This document shows positions 13,852-27,808 of a stretch of 64,000 bases of DNA, piece after piece. A model generated the notes under the pieces. It saw only the letters and a list, made by a program, of their open reading frames with translations. It searched no databases and was not told where the DNA came from. The number at the start of each line of letters is the position of its first letter. Positions within the stretch are counted from its first letter, which is position 1. Both the position numbers and the translations under genes were made by a program. This stretch comes from Octopus vulgaris (taxonomy: Eukaryota), in the NCBI GenBank assembly GCA_951406725.2, contig OX597830.1, positions 23,746,001-23,810,000 on the forward strand, read 5' to 3'.

Positions 13852-15022
13852 CGGGAGCCATCATCAACAACAAATGGTGTTTTGCCCTCAAGAGAGCAAT
13901 AAAAGCTGAAGCGATTAGGTATAGCAAAGCGCTATCAATAGTCAGAAACAGAATAGAGAGTGAGTTAGTTAAAAAGCTAGAAGAGGCAATTAGAAGTGGC
14001 ATCGCATCCGATGTTTTGGCTGCGAGGTTGGCCCTCGACCAACATTTCAACGCCAAACACGAAGAATGTACTGTCAGGGCTAGGGTGGCGGAGGTACAAC
14101 AGAAGGCTCGGGTAACGGAGGCGCAACAGGGCAACAAAGCTACCATTCGGTCTCTGGTGGATGAACAGGAGCGCGAATTATTCGAGCCCGGTAAAATGTA
14201 TGAGACCTTTCAGCAGCATTTTGCTCGACTGTTCGGGACGAGTGGCGAGCGAGAAAGCAGGGTGGACTTCAATGTCTACTTGCATAGCCTGCTACGACTC
14301 TCGGCAACAGAGGCAGAGTGTTGCGAAGATGCCATCACGGTGACGGACGTGCGGGACGCGATGGCAGAATGCTCGAGGGACAAATCGCCGTGTTTGGATG
14401 GTCTGCACTACGAGCGTTAGAGTTGTATGCCAGACTTGTTTGGAGACGTCTTGGCAGTAGTGTACTGCAACTGGTAGCAAAACGGGAGCCTCCCCGGTTT
14501 TGTGAGCCGAGAAGCTGTAATGCCGCTGAAGAAAGATCCAAACAAGGGGAACGTAATAGATAACTTTAGGCCCATTACTCTGCTCAGTGAAGATTTGAAA
14601 ATTTTGGCCAAGGTATTTGCCAACAGGTTGGCGTTTGTCCTAGAGAAACTTGTCGACAAGGCTGTCGCGTCCGTCATCTACTACCGTCTGACCGTCGTGC
14701 CTTGTCTTGACCCCACCATCACCAAATTGGAACGCATCCTCTTCCCCTTCTTGAGGAAAGGAAACGTTCCGAAAGTCGGGCGATCCGTTTGCTGCCAACA
14801 CCTGCTAAAAGGAGGGTAGTAGTGGCTCGAGAGTCAATACGTACAGATGCGACGAGAGAAAGCATCCCTGACGGACCGAAAGTGCAATGTCGAAAGGTCT
14901 CGTTAGAGGCCCGTTCACGCGAAATACCGAACGGATGGTTCTGTACAACGTAGCTATCCAGCTGCGGAAGACGGGACCGAAACCAGCCGCTATGAGGACA
15001 GCCTCCAAGTATCGACGGTCTA
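13852..15022 (+). pseudogene. Tx1/L1-clade LINE ORF2 remnant, rearranged with an inverted segment 14815-15022
   Basis: KSPCLDGL, NFRPITLLSEDLKILAKVFANRL on +; GFGPVFRSWIATLY..VRQGCFLSSHLYVLTLEPL on -. Confidence 0.9.
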
Positions 15023-15782
15023 CCCAATGCCTTAGATAAAAAATAACGACGGAATCTGAGCTTCCATAGTGTTAACTCACTGATATTGCATACTTAACTT
15101 GAAATGTATCTGGTCTTTTTAACATTAGTTGTTTGCGAAACAAAACGTCTGATGACTGCGATTTCAAGGACATGAAATTGGAAACTTTAGGAAATTGAAT
15201 CATCTCAAATGAAACCCTTTCAATGTTTATTTAATATATTATATTTCATCACATTTTAAAATAGTTTTTTATACTAATGCATTTGTTTCTGTTAGACCAT
15301 TTAATTAAGTTGACTTTATTGGCATATGCAATTAACAGTATTGTGTAAACATTCGGTCATTTGGTATGCAATTAAACGTTACCTTTCTGAGATTATGTGT
15401 GTGTTGTGTGTACGTGTGTGTGTGTGTCTGTGTGTGCGTCCGTGTGTACACGTATGTATGTGTATGTATGTGTGAATATACACACACATTTTTATATTTG
15501 CTTCTACGTATACATGTGTATATAATAAGTACGTATATATGTATACACTCTCTCTCTTTAACAAACACACACATGCATTTACACACTCACACATATATTT
15601 ACACACAAACTCATACATTTACACACTCACACATACATTTACACAAAAACACACATACACATACACACACAAATGCAAACACATTCATACTTACACACAC
15701 ACGCGCACTCACACATACATTTAAGCACAAACATACACACACACACACAGACAAACGCACACAAACGCAAACACATTCACAC

Positions 15783-15826
<44 letters not shown>

Positions 15827-15851
15827 ATACATTTAGACACAAATATACAAT

Positions 15852-15882
<31 letters not shown>

Positions 15883-16193
15883 ATACATTTAGACACAAAC
15901 ATACAATCACACACACACACACTCACACATACATTTAGACACAAACATACACGCACACACAGGCACAGACACACATACACACACACAGATATATATATGT
16001 TCGCAAAGATATGAGTGTCTTCAAAGTTTTGTTGTTTGTTGGCTTCGCCAGACTGTAAAATGGCGGACGGCACAAACTGGCAAATGACGGTCAACTTTTT
16101 CCGCGTAAAAATGTTTGACTCTTTACTTAAACGTTTTCATATGATCTTTCGATTAATGCTTAACTCTTTTTTCACGTATAACACTTCATAAAC

Positions 16194-16234
<41 letters not shown>

Positions 16235-16359
16235 GTCAAAGTACACAGATATATAAAACGGAAATGAGCTGAAAGACCGCAGACTGGCCAGTGGCATGTA
16301 TACGAATAACACAGACATGAATTGGTTTAACAAATATACATACATAAATACATACACAA

Positions 16360-16950
16360 ACATACATACAATTATATACAGATATGTATTTATATGCGCA
16401 CATAGATATATGCACGTACAACTACACACTCGCACACAAATATACCTATATATATACATACATCCATACATGCAAATCCACACACACGCACCTACATACA
16501 TACCTATAATTATATACACATACATATGTATTTAGATGCGCACATAGATATATGCACGTACAAATACACACTCGCACACAAATATACATATATATATATA
16601 CACACACATACTTATATACATACATCCATACATGCAAATCCACACACACACACCTACATACGTACCTATAATTATATACACATACATATATATTAGATGC
16701 GCACACAGCTATATATATGCACGTACAAATACACTCACACACATATACCTATATATATATACACACATACTTATATACATACATCAATAGATGCATATAC
16801 ACATACACACACACCTACCTACATACATACAATTATATACACATACATATATTTAGATGAGCACACAGCTATATATATGCACGTACAAATATGCACTCAC
16901 ACACACATACCTATACGCATACATCCATTCCTGCAAATATACACGCACAC
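16360..16950. repeat. ~4 copies of a 140-165-bp microsatellite-derived higher-order repeat
   Basis: Recurring TTAGATGCGCACA..TATATGCACGTACAA and CACCTACATACA..ATAATTATATACAC. Confidence 0.7.
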
Positions 16951-17056
16951 ATATATATATAGCTAGACGCGTACACACATACATATGCACATATACACAC
17001 ACAAATACACACACACTCACACACATACACACAAACTCACGTACACACACACACAC

Positions 17057-17100
<44 letters not shown>

Positions 17101-17191
17101 ACACACACACAAACAGGTGTATTTCGACAAACCATTATCGTCTAAAGTATATTCGTTTGTTGAATTCTCCTCACGGCTACTAAAATTCCAA

Positions 17192-17321
17192 TTATTACTA
17201 TTATTATTACTATTATTATTACTATTACTAGTATTACTATTATTATCATTATTATTATCATCATCATTATTATTATTATTAATTTTTATTATTATTATTA
17301 TTATTGTTATTATTATTGTTA

Positions 17322-17365
<44 letters not shown>

Positions 17366-17378
17366 ATTATTATTATTG
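17192..17378. repeat. (ATT)n microsatellite
   Basis: Seen directly. Confidence 0.95.
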
Positions 17379-17673
17379 TCTCCCCTGTTTTTATCTTGGT
17401 TTCAACTCTTTAATCTGTGACTTTCTCTTTTTTTCTTTCATACGATACAGGAGAAGCTTGTAGAAACTATAGAAAACATAACGTATGCAGAAATTTATCC
17501 ATTTATTTATTTATTTATTTATTTATTATTTCACATTGATTTTTCTTTGATATTTTTTTTTCTACTTTTCGGTGTATTTTAAGACTTATATTATTTAGTT
17601 TAAGATGGTCTGTTCGAATATTGAAAGGATTACTATTCCGTAGACTTATCTTTAACCTACAGCGATTGTTTGT

Positions 17674-17727
<54 letters not shown>

Positions 17728-18006
17728 AGATATATATATATAGACAGGAAGGAAAAAAGAACAAAAACTCACCTATATCATCAGACGCGATCAAGTAAAT
17801 CTAGTTATTTTAACTGTACTGTAGAGATAAATCGGTTAAGTAAAACTATATATGATTAGGAGCAACCGTAACACGACCACTGCTGCGGAGATTGAGATCG
17901 AGCAAATGAAAGAGCCCCTAGGAGGTCACTTGAACGATTACAAATAGCAGCCAAATATATCTCAAACTACATTCAGCTGTATAAAAGAATGCAGTTGGGT
18001 TTAAGT

Positions 18007-18393
18007 GGATGGAAGCACTCCGTCGGTTACGACGACGAGGGTTCCGGTTGATCCGAATCAACGGAACAGCCTGCTCGTGAAATTAACGTGTAAGTGGCTG
18101 AGCACTCCACAGACACGTGCACCCTTAACGTAGTTCTCGGGGATATTCAGCGTGACACAGAGAGTGACAAGGCCGGCCCTTTGAAATACAGGTACAACAG
18201 AAACAGGAAGTAAGAGTGAGAGAAAGTTGTGGTGAAAGAGTACAGCAGGGATCACCACCATCCCTGCCGGAGCCTCGTGGAGCTTTAGGTGTTTTCGCTC
18301 AATAAACATTCACATCGCCCGGTCTGGGAATCGAAACCGCGATCCTATGACCGCGAGTCCGCTGCCCTAACCACTGGGCCATTGCGCCTCCAC
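18007..18393 (-). mobile_element. tRNA-derived SINE family R, tail variant 1, full length
   Basis: Head GGAGGCGCAATGGCCCAGTGGTTAGG..GGTTTCGATTCC; TSD TGGGTTTAAGT 17996-18006 and 18394-18404; nearly identical to 45165-45555. Confidence 0.92.
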
Positions 18394-18568
18394 TGGGTTT
18401 AAGTATTGTTGAATGATCAGAGTTGAATGGTCGTTCATCATTCGTGTGTGGTATATTGTTGTCTGTTTACGTTCCGAGATCAAATCTCGTCTATGTTAAA
18501 TTTCACTTTGATTTTTCCGGGATCGGCGAAATAAAAACTTCCAGTCAATCATTAGCGTCGATTTGATT

Positions 18569-18608
<40 letters not shown>

Positions 18609-18611
<3 letters not shown>

Positions 18612-18763
18612 TGGCTGTGTGGTAAGTAGCTTGCTTACCAACCACATGGTTCCGGGTTCAGTCCCACTGCGTGGCACCGTGGGCAAGTGTCTTCTACTGT
18701 AGCCTCGGGCCGACCAAGGCCTTGTGAGTGGATTTGGTAGACGGAAACGGAAAGAAACCCGTC

Positions 18764-18845
<82 letters not shown>

Positions 18846-19068
18846 GTGTGTGTGTGTATGTTGGTGTGTCTGTCTTTGTCCCCAACTTCGGTTGACAACC
18901 GATGCTGGTGTGTTTACGTCCCCGTAACTTAACGGTTCGGCAAAAGAGACCGATAGATTAAGTACTAGGCTTAGAAAGAATAAGTCCTGGGGTCGATTTT
19001 CTCGACTATATGTGGTGTTCCAGTATGGCCACAGTCAAATGACTGAAACAAGTAAAAGAGTAAAAGAG
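18609..19068 (+). mobile_element. SINE family M, full length with internal (TA)n(TG)n
   Basis: GAGTGGCTGTGTGGTAAG..GGTTCAGTCCC..GGGCAAGTG head; (GTAAAAGA)n end. Confidence 0.9.
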
Positions 19069-19191
19069 TATATATCCATCCACTAAAATTTGAGGCCTGG
19101 TGACCAAGTTAGAAATAAATACTATTACGATCATGCAGATACTCAGTTCAAATCCCACTGAAGTCAAATTTACTTTCACGTCATTCCCCAC

Positions 19192-19385
19192 GACGAAATG
19201 CGTAGCCGTATTTCGTCTGCCGTTACGTTCTGAGTTCAAATTCCGCCGAGGTCGACTTTGCCTTTCATCCTTTCGGGCTCGATAAATTAAGTACCAGTTA
19301 TGCACTGGGGTCGATGTAATCGACTTTATCTCCTTGTCTGTCCTCTCTGTGTTTAGCCCCTTGTGGATAGTAAAGAAATCGGTAT
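19192..19385 (+). mobile_element. 5'-truncated SINE family N (tail A)
   Basis: Core and tail ending GTAAAGAAATCGGTAT. Confidence 0.85.
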
Positions 19386-19725
19386 AGGTCACACTTCCAT
19401 GTCACACGTCACACACACACGCATAAAACATACACACATGCGCACGCACACACACACATAAGCACACACACACATACACAAACATACACACAGCGCACGC
19501 ACACACGCGCACACACATAAACACACACACACGCACGCACAAACACAAGCGCCGTCCACACCGATACACGCTCACGGGTGTAGGTCACACGTCCACATCA
19601 CACGCCATACACACATGCACGCACATACACACATAAACACAAAAGCAAATATCGAGAAATGGTGGATGCAGCAATTCGCAGCAACGGCGCATTCTCCTGT
19701 ACCTGACCTGATATGCCAACTTATA

Positions 19726-19838
19726 TACTAACCTATTTACATGTTTTCAGGTCTACTCTCTTCCCCTAGCATAGCATAATTCAATTGAAACACTCAAGTC
19801 TACAATACACATAGGACAATCTAACACTCACGGTATAC
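19726..19838 (+). other. Candidate internal exon 19751-19832 (probably UTR or non-coding)
   Basis: TACTAAC branch point 19726-19732; TTTTCAG|G acceptor at 19750; weaker donor ACG|GTATAC. Confidence 0.3.
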
Positions 19839-20022
19839 ATATATACATGCATACATACATATTTACACATACGTATGTCTGTCTATTTATCTATCTGTCT
19901 GTCTGTCTATCTATCTATTTATATACACTATATATATACACACACACATATATATACATTTGTGTGCATGTGTTTGTGTGTGTATGTGAGTATCTATCTA
20001 TATATATATATGTATATATATA

Positions 20023-20415
20023 CTAGCAGTATCTCCCGGCGTTGCTCGGGTTTGTTCCGACCCGCTGGAATTGGAATTTTTGAAAAGTAAAAATTTTGCA
20101 TTATGTAGCTTGTTATACTCTTCAAGTAAACAATTTTCTGGTTGAAATACACCGAAAAGTGGCGATACAACAGTGAAAAAATCGTAAAAAAAAAAGAAAT
20201 TTTCATAGAAAAAAGCACCTTTTCGATGTAAATAAATTTTGGTGTTAACATGGTCCGATTTGAATTTTATTTTATACGGAAGGAAGAACAACCCTTCTTC
20301 TATCATACTTTCAATTTTGGTCAACTTGCGCCGCAGGGTCTCGGAGGAGATTGTGTTAGTTGAAGGCTACCAAACCTGCCGCACACAGACAACTTCATCT
20401 TTATATAGAGAGAGA
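20023..20415 (-). mobile_element. Complete non-autonomous Helitron
   Basis: 5' TC(TCTC)TATATAAAG; 3' hairpin CCCGAGCAACGCCGGG then CTAG; inserted between A and T; no TSD. Confidence 0.85.
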
Positions 20416-20524
20416 TAATGCACATACATACATACATACACACATGTATGTATGGATGTATGGATGTATATATGTACATCTGTCCACTTCTTGCCATATT
20501 TTTATCCTTCACTTCCTACACACA

Positions 20525-20573
<49 letters not shown>

Positions 20574-21070
20574 ACACACGCACGCACGCACGCACGCACA
20601 CATACACACACACACCTTCTTAGCTTACAATTTCTTTCTTTCAACAATTGACAATTGAAGTACGCTCGCCAATGAATACTACAAAATGTTAGCAACAGAT
20701 CTCTGTTTCCTTTTTTTTTTTGAGGATTGGTTTAAGCATTAATAGGAGAAAGTAGCAGAATATGTGACGTTGAATAAGAGTTGCAAAAAGAGGATATGAT
20801 AGTGGTATACACTTGCAAAGAGAAAGTAGGAGAAAGTGTGGTAATAGCAGGAGTAAAGCATTTGAAATGAGAGAGGCAAATCGTAAAATATTGAGTTTTC
20901 TGGAATTTTTGCTTAATTGGGGGTGAAATTGAAAAAAATGTATATGCCTTGACCCAATCGAATCTACTTCGAAAAATCATAGGTAAATTCCAATTGAAGA
21001 AATTCTATATTGTACAATTGTATTAAAAACAAACTATGTCAGAGGCAGAGAAAATCTGCCTTTTATCATA

Positions 21071-21153
<83 letters not shown>

Positions 21154-21626
21154 TATATATGAGGGGTTTAGTTCACTGGTGATCGAAACAGATATGCTGT
21201 GTAAGTGCTATAACTGGTCATCAGCTAGGTTCCAAGTTCTCATCTAAGGCTGGATCTAAGGATCCGTGCTAGGCTTCCTAGTTAAGCAGGTATATATATA
21301 TATTAAAGGGAAAAGGACAACAAAAACCAAGGCAGGACAAATACCTCAAGTCATTTAGAATATTTAATTAAAGTAGGGTGAATTTGGAGTAATTAATTAT
21401 TGGATATCTTATAGCTCTCTCTCTACACAGTGTATTCCATCATCAGAGACAAGGTGAGCATGTATGAAAGTTCTAGATAGGGAATTCACAGTTTATAAAG
21501 GAATAAAACAGTAGAAAGAATAAAGAGAGGATAGAGACAGGAGAATAATGTTCACAGCTCATATTTTTCCAGAGGGCATAGAGGTTGGTTCGCATTTCCG
21601 TGAAGGTATAAGTCCTTAATGTATAA

Positions 21627-21838
21627 GGCGGCGAGCTGGCAGAAACGTTAGCACGCCGGGCGAAATGCGTAGCCGTAATTTCGTCTGCCGTTACATTCAA
21701 ATTCCGCCGGGGTCGACTTTGCCTTTCATCCTTTCGGGGTCGATTAAATAAGTACCAGTTACGTAATCGATTTAATCCGTTTGTCTGTCCTTGTTTGCCC
21801 ATTCTGTGTTTAGCCCCTTGTGAGCAGTAAAGAAAGAG
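21627..21838 (+). mobile_element. SINE family N (tail A) with imperfect TSD
   Basis: AGGTATAAGTC(C/T)TTAA on both flanks. Confidence 0.88.
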
Positions 21839-22573
21839 GTATAAGTCTTTAAGTATAATCCCAGGTAAACTCTGGTAATATTTTGGCGGTATTTCAAATG
21901 TGGCGTTCATGTTGAAAGAATAGAATTAAGTGGTTAGCCAGTAGGGAAATGGTCCACGTGGGTACATAGAGTGAGAACGACAGACATTATGAGAGACAGA
22001 TCAGATATGAGTTTGATTGAGTAAATAGAGGAGAAGGGAGAAAGAGAGATAGGTGTGGGGAAAGAATGAGAGTGAAGTAAAATAAAATCAAAATCAAAAA
22101 TAGAAAAAAAAAAAATAAAGATTAAGATAGGATGTCAGTATTATTTTTCGTTAGGGTCGGTTCGGGGTGAGAGGTCGGGCATTAAGGTTTTGGTAAAGTG
22201 AAGGAGGGAAGGCATTTATGGGTATTAATTAAATAAGATGAATTCTAGATTCGGTGTGGTCAGAAAGAATATTTAGTTCAGTGGTCAGTAAGGATAGCTA
22301 AAAATAGATACTTAAGGGAGTATATATAAGATTATAAATTTGCTGCGCAAGGTCACTCTTTCGAAGCAAATGATGTTAAAACTTAAGTAATTAAGTCATT
22401 CGGCCGCCAACACTTTTTTCTGCAAAACAAGGGTAGCTTATCCTGTTCAGGCTATATTATTAGCATTATCCTGCGTTTGAGAATTTAAAATAACTTCTTT
22501 AACTTTCTAAGACATCTCAACGATTCTAACGTAAATTCGTTTGTTTGTTTACGTTCATCTTAATTTCAATTTA

Positions 22574-22641
<68 letters not shown>

Positions 22642-22828
22642 CTGTGATAACGATCCCTATTATTCACCCCCCTTTTTTTAATCCCTCCCTTTTTTTGTCC
22701 TTTTTCTTTCCTTTACGATCCCTTTTGATCGAAAACCACTACTCTCTTTTTTTTTTACCCCAAAAGAAAAGCTCTACCTTGTAATTTGTTCTATCTGTGT
22801 GCAGCCCTGTGTGGCTAATAAAGAAACA
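22642..22828 (+). mobile_element. LINE-like 3' end inserted in (TATC)n
   Basis: T-rich UTR, AGCCCTGTGTGGCT hairpin, AATAAA; (TATC)n on both sides; homolog at 48588. Confidence 0.7.
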
Positions 22829-22879
<51 letters not shown>

Positions 22880-22900
22880 ATATATATATATATATATATA

Positions 22901-23087
22901 GCGCAGGAGTGACTGTGTGGTAAGTAGCTTGCTTACCAACCACATGGTTCCGGGTTCATTCCCACTGCTTGACACCTTGGGCAAGTGCCTTCTATTATAG
23001 CCTCGGGCCGACCAAAGCCTTGTGAGTGGATTTGGTAGACGGAAACTGAAAGAAACCCGTCGCATATATGTATATATATGTGTGTGT

Positions 23088-23130
<43 letters not shown>

Positions 23131-23349
23131 TGTGTGTATATGTTTCCCCCTCCCAACATCGCTTGACAACCGATGGTGGCGAGTTTACATCCCCGTAACT
23201 TAGCGGTTCAGCAGAACTTATTCGATAGAATAAGTACTAGGCTTACAAAGGATAGGTCCTGGGGTCGATTTGCTCGACTAAAGGAGGTGCTCCAGCATGG
23301 CCGCAGTCAAATGACTGAAACAAGTAAGAGAGTAAAAGAGAGTAAAGAG
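22901..23349 (+). mobile_element. SINE family M, full length
   Basis: Same structure as 18609-19068. Confidence 0.9.
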
Positions 23350-23680
23350 TATATATATATATATATATACATTATGATATTTTTAGGTATACATGTCTAT
23401 CTATTTGTCTGCATGTCTTTCTATATATGCATATATCTGTGTGCTTATATAGATATATATATACATATAGCAATATTAAATCTCTGAGCGGTTGTCCTGG
23501 GGCTGAAAATAGCAGTAGCATCGTCTTCTATGGGATCGCCACATTTAGTTGGCAATTATATTTTACGATATATATATATATATTTATAATTAATAGATAT
23601 AAGGGTAGCAAAAAATTCTAGAAAAAATTCTCCGCTACCAGCGGTCCAGTGAGAAAGAAAATATAGTCAAAGACTATATA

Positions 23681-23913
23681 ATATACATTCAAAAATATAA
23701 GGAATGGCCATAATAGGACATTCGACTCACTAGAAAGAGCAGCCAAACTCAAACCGCTAATAGTTGTTATTCTGAAATTGAAAGAGAAATAAAAACGTTT
23801 TTATTTCTCTTTCAATTTCAGAATTACAACTATTAGCGGTTTGAGTTTGGCTGCTCTTTTCTAGTGAGTCGAATGTCCTATTATGGCCATTCCTTATATT
23901 TTTGAATGTATAT
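23681..23913. repeat. Near-perfect spacerless palindrome, ~116-bp arms
   Basis: Centre AAAAAC|GTTTTT at 23796/23797; one mismatch and one indel between arms. Confidence 0.95.
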
Positions 23914-24272
23914 ATATATATATATATATATATACGCGCGCGCACGCACACTGACGCATACCCACACATACGTATAAATGCATATAAAACTAGACCATTA
24001 TTTCCAGCCACTATTTCATAATCAACCTTCTCGTCGGTAGTTTTTCTGTATATTATGTTATGGAAGTGACACTAGAATGGCTTCCTGCTGCCAAATAGGC
24101 AGGAAAGACTAACACAGCCGCACATAAACATATAGCAGAGATATTTAGATAATCGGACGAGGTATAATACACTCACACACACACACACACATACACACAC
24201 ACACACACACGCACGCTGACACACACTTTGTCTCTCTATCTCGCTATCTGTCCATCTATCTATCTATCTAAA

Positions 24273-24351
<79 letters not shown>

Positions 24352-24457
24352 ACCCGTTTATATCCATTCTTTTAGTTGCTTCAGTCAATGAAGTTCGGGT
24401 ACGCATACATATGTACACACGCGCATACTACCAAAGATACTCAAACACACAAATGTA

Positions 24458-24492
<35 letters not shown>

Positions 24493-24536
24493 TGTATATG
24501 TTCGCTTGTATTTGAGGCAATAGCAAATTATATATG

Positions 24537-24587
<51 letters not shown>

Positions 24588-24639
24588 GCGATTACATACA
24601 TACATGCATGCATACACGTACACGTACACACACACATAT

Positions 24640-24918
24640 GTATAGAGAGAAAGTAGCTAGTTAGAAAATCTCTGTAAGAAATTAAATTAGTAATGATACT
24701 GAGAAGCAATGTTTATCATTAATGTCTATCAGTCGCCATGATAGATCGGTAACCACTACACACATTTTTTTCTCTCCTTGTTTCTTTCTGTGTTCCTTTC
24801 CGTAGAAGAGCATAGGCTCGAAACGTAGAAGACTTTTTCAATTTCCGAGCGTTATACTAATACATCTGTTTTATTTTCTACGCCACCTGTCTTCGTCTTT
24901 GTTTATTTCGTGAATTCT

Positions 24919-24978
<60 letters not shown>

Positions 24979-25174
24979 ATCATGATTCATCGTTAGCCAC
25001 TACACACATTTTTTCTCTCCTTTTTTTCTCTCCTTGTTTTTTTCTGTGCCCCTTTCTGTAGAAGAGCGTAGGCTCGAAACGTAAAAGACTTTTTCTATTC
25101 CTGAGCGTTATAATAATACATCTGTTTGTTTTGTACACCACCTGTCTTCGTCTTTTGTTTTTTTCGTAAACTCT

Positions 25175-25177
<3 letters not shown>
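24640..25177 (+). mobile_element. Two consecutive Penelope-like P4 3' fragments (to 24921; 24976-25177) separated by (TA)n
   Basis: Hammerhead-like motifs at 24796-24831 and 25052-25087; both end CTCCC-(TA)n. Confidence 0.72.
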
Positions 25178-25254
<77 letters not shown>

Positions 25255-25524
25255 ATTATATATCTTATATATATGATATATATATACGTATAAAATATTT
25301 CATATATATAAAAAATTATATATATAAAAAATATATATATATATATTTACATATACCCGTGTATATATAAATACAGAGACATACTTAAATATATATAAGT
25401 ATATTATTGTCTATGATAACATCAGAGGCTTAACATGCGTAAGAGACCCATAAAGGTAAAAATTATATATATGTAAATTATATATATAAATTATATATAT
25501 ACATATATATTTATACATATATAC

Positions 25525-25595
<71 letters not shown>

Positions 25596-25944
25596 CACAC
25601 ACATACACACATACGCGCACACACACATATATATATACGCACTTACACATCTCTACGTTTACATACACGATGCCGCACCTGTATGATAGTTGATATCTCG
25701 TTCCTATTAAGCTCGATTTTATTTACAGTGTTCCCAGCTCCGTTGTAGCTCATTAATCGGTCTTAAACTTGATATTCCTTCGTTCACATTAAGGATTCCC
25801 CGCTTACTCGTGTTGCCTGATTGTATGATAAAATAATTCTTAACAACATTGGGAAATATAATTCTACTTGTGTATTGGGGTTGGGCAAACATGCCTGTTC
25901 CGCTTTTAAGGAAAAATTAGACGCAAGTCTTAAACGCAGAGCAA

Positions 25945-26625
25945 TTTGCGAGCGTCGGCTTTGCTTTTCATCCGTTGGAGGACAATAAAGTTAGTACCAG
26001 TTGAACACTGGGGTCAATATAATCAACTTGCTCACCTCTAGAATTACTGGCCTTGTGCCAAACTTTGAAAGTAATATTTACATACAGAGTTAAGGTGGCG
26101 AGCAGGCAGAATCATTAGGACGCCCCCCAAAATCTGCTTCGCGTCATCTCATTTGTCTTTACGTTCTGAGTTCAAATTTTGCTGAGGCAATAAAATAGAT
26201 AATAATTTGAGCACTGGGGTCGATGTAAAAGACATCGCGTCCCCTAGAAGGAGCAAGAAGGCGATATTTCGTCCGTCTTTTCGTTCTAAGTTGAAAATCC
26301 GTCTCGGTCGACTTTGCATTTTATCCTATGGAGATCGATAAAACACTAAGGTCGGCGGACTCAACTTCTCCATTCTCCGAAATCGCAGGCCTTGCGCTGC
26401 AATTCGAAACCAATATTTATACATCAAGTTTAGAGAGAAAGCCGGGCTAAATGCTTAGCGGCATTTAGTCCGTCTTTAGATGTTCTGAGTTGAAATTCCG
26501 CCGAGGTTGACTTTGCCTTTCATCTTTTCTGTATCGACAAAATATGAACCAGTCGATCACTGTGGTCGATGTAACTGATTTATCTCCCCACCCTAGATTG
26601 CTGGCCTTGTGCCGAAATTTGAAAA
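25945..26625 (+). mobile_element. Cluster of old, degenerate SINE family N copies
   Basis: Repeated TTCTGAGTT..AAT, CACTGGGGTCGAT and GGCCTTGTGCC motifs. Confidence 0.65.
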
Positions 26626-26837
26626 AAACAGGCTTTGTTTTTACCTCCAAACGATTTTCCCTCAAACAGTCTGCAATTTGAATGTTTGCGTATATATGTT
26701 TATGCTATATATGTGTTAGCAAGTAGTATGCATATAAGGCATGTATGTATTTACATTCATGTATGCATAATGTATATATGCATGTAAATATTTACCCTTA
26801 TGTATGTATGTATGCCTGTAGTTATTTTTGTCTGTCT

Positions 26838-26900
<63 letters not shown>

Positions 26901-27312
26901 CATACTTGTACACGTGCACACAGACAGGTGTATATATACACTCACGTTCACACACTTTCTCTCACATATGCTGCGCATGTATATAAACATGTATTTTGTA
27001 TATATAGATATATATATGTACTCACGCACTCTCACACACACATATATACTCACATACTTACATGCTCACACATACTCATACATAAATACCCACATATATT
27101 AGCCTGTCAAGATTAGGGGGTTTAGCAAAATGTTTTAATCTCTAATCTAAACAATTCTTGCTACTCTTTATTCATTATTCAGACTTTTCTGTTTAAAAAG
27201 TCACCATACAGGAAATTCTCTTTGCAGAAAGAAGATCTTATAAGTCTTTAAGTTTCGGTGAAAAGGGTTTTCTTCGTTTTAGTAAATCCTGTAAGTATAA
27301 TCGAAATAACTG

Positions 27313-27417
27313 CAACAACAACAACAACATCAACAACGACAACAACAATGCCGACAAGAACAACGACGACGACGACGACGATGATGATGATGATGATGAT
27401 GATGACGATGATGATCG

Positions 27418-27457
<40 letters not shown>

Positions 27458-27522
27458 AATGAGGATGAGGATGAGGAGGAGTACGAGGAGAAGGATTATG
27501 AAGACAATGACGATGGTGATGG

Positions 27523-27574
<52 letters not shown>

Positions 27575-27808
27575 AATGAGGATGAGGATGAGGATGAAGA
27601 GGAGCACGAGGAGAGGGATTATGAAGACAATGACGATGATGATCATGATGATCATGATGTCTATGATGGATGATGATGATGATGATAATGAAGATGAGGA
27701 GAAGCACGAGGATTATGTAGACAATGACGATGACGATGGTGTTCATGAGACGGTTGCTACTGCCGCTGCTGCTGCTGCTGACGATGATGATGATGATGAT
27801 GGTGATGA
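27313..27808. repeat. Compound (CAA/GAC/GAT/GAG/GCT)n trinucleotide array with an internal ~120-bp duplication
   Basis: GAGGATGAGG..GGATTATGAAGACAATGACGATG occurs twice. Confidence 0.9.

Noticed and set aside
17765-17830. Minus-strand acceptor and AG|GTGAGT donor pair
   Set aside because: Stops in all frames and no other support; such motifs arise by chance.
18058-18309. 83-aa ORF repeated at 45214-45417
   Set aside because: Lies within a young SINE; identity reflects recent retroposition.
21300-22320. Possible Penelope 3' region with CTGATGA on the minus strand (~21438-21445)
   Set aside because: No GAAA in register and no convincing protein motif; too decayed to call.
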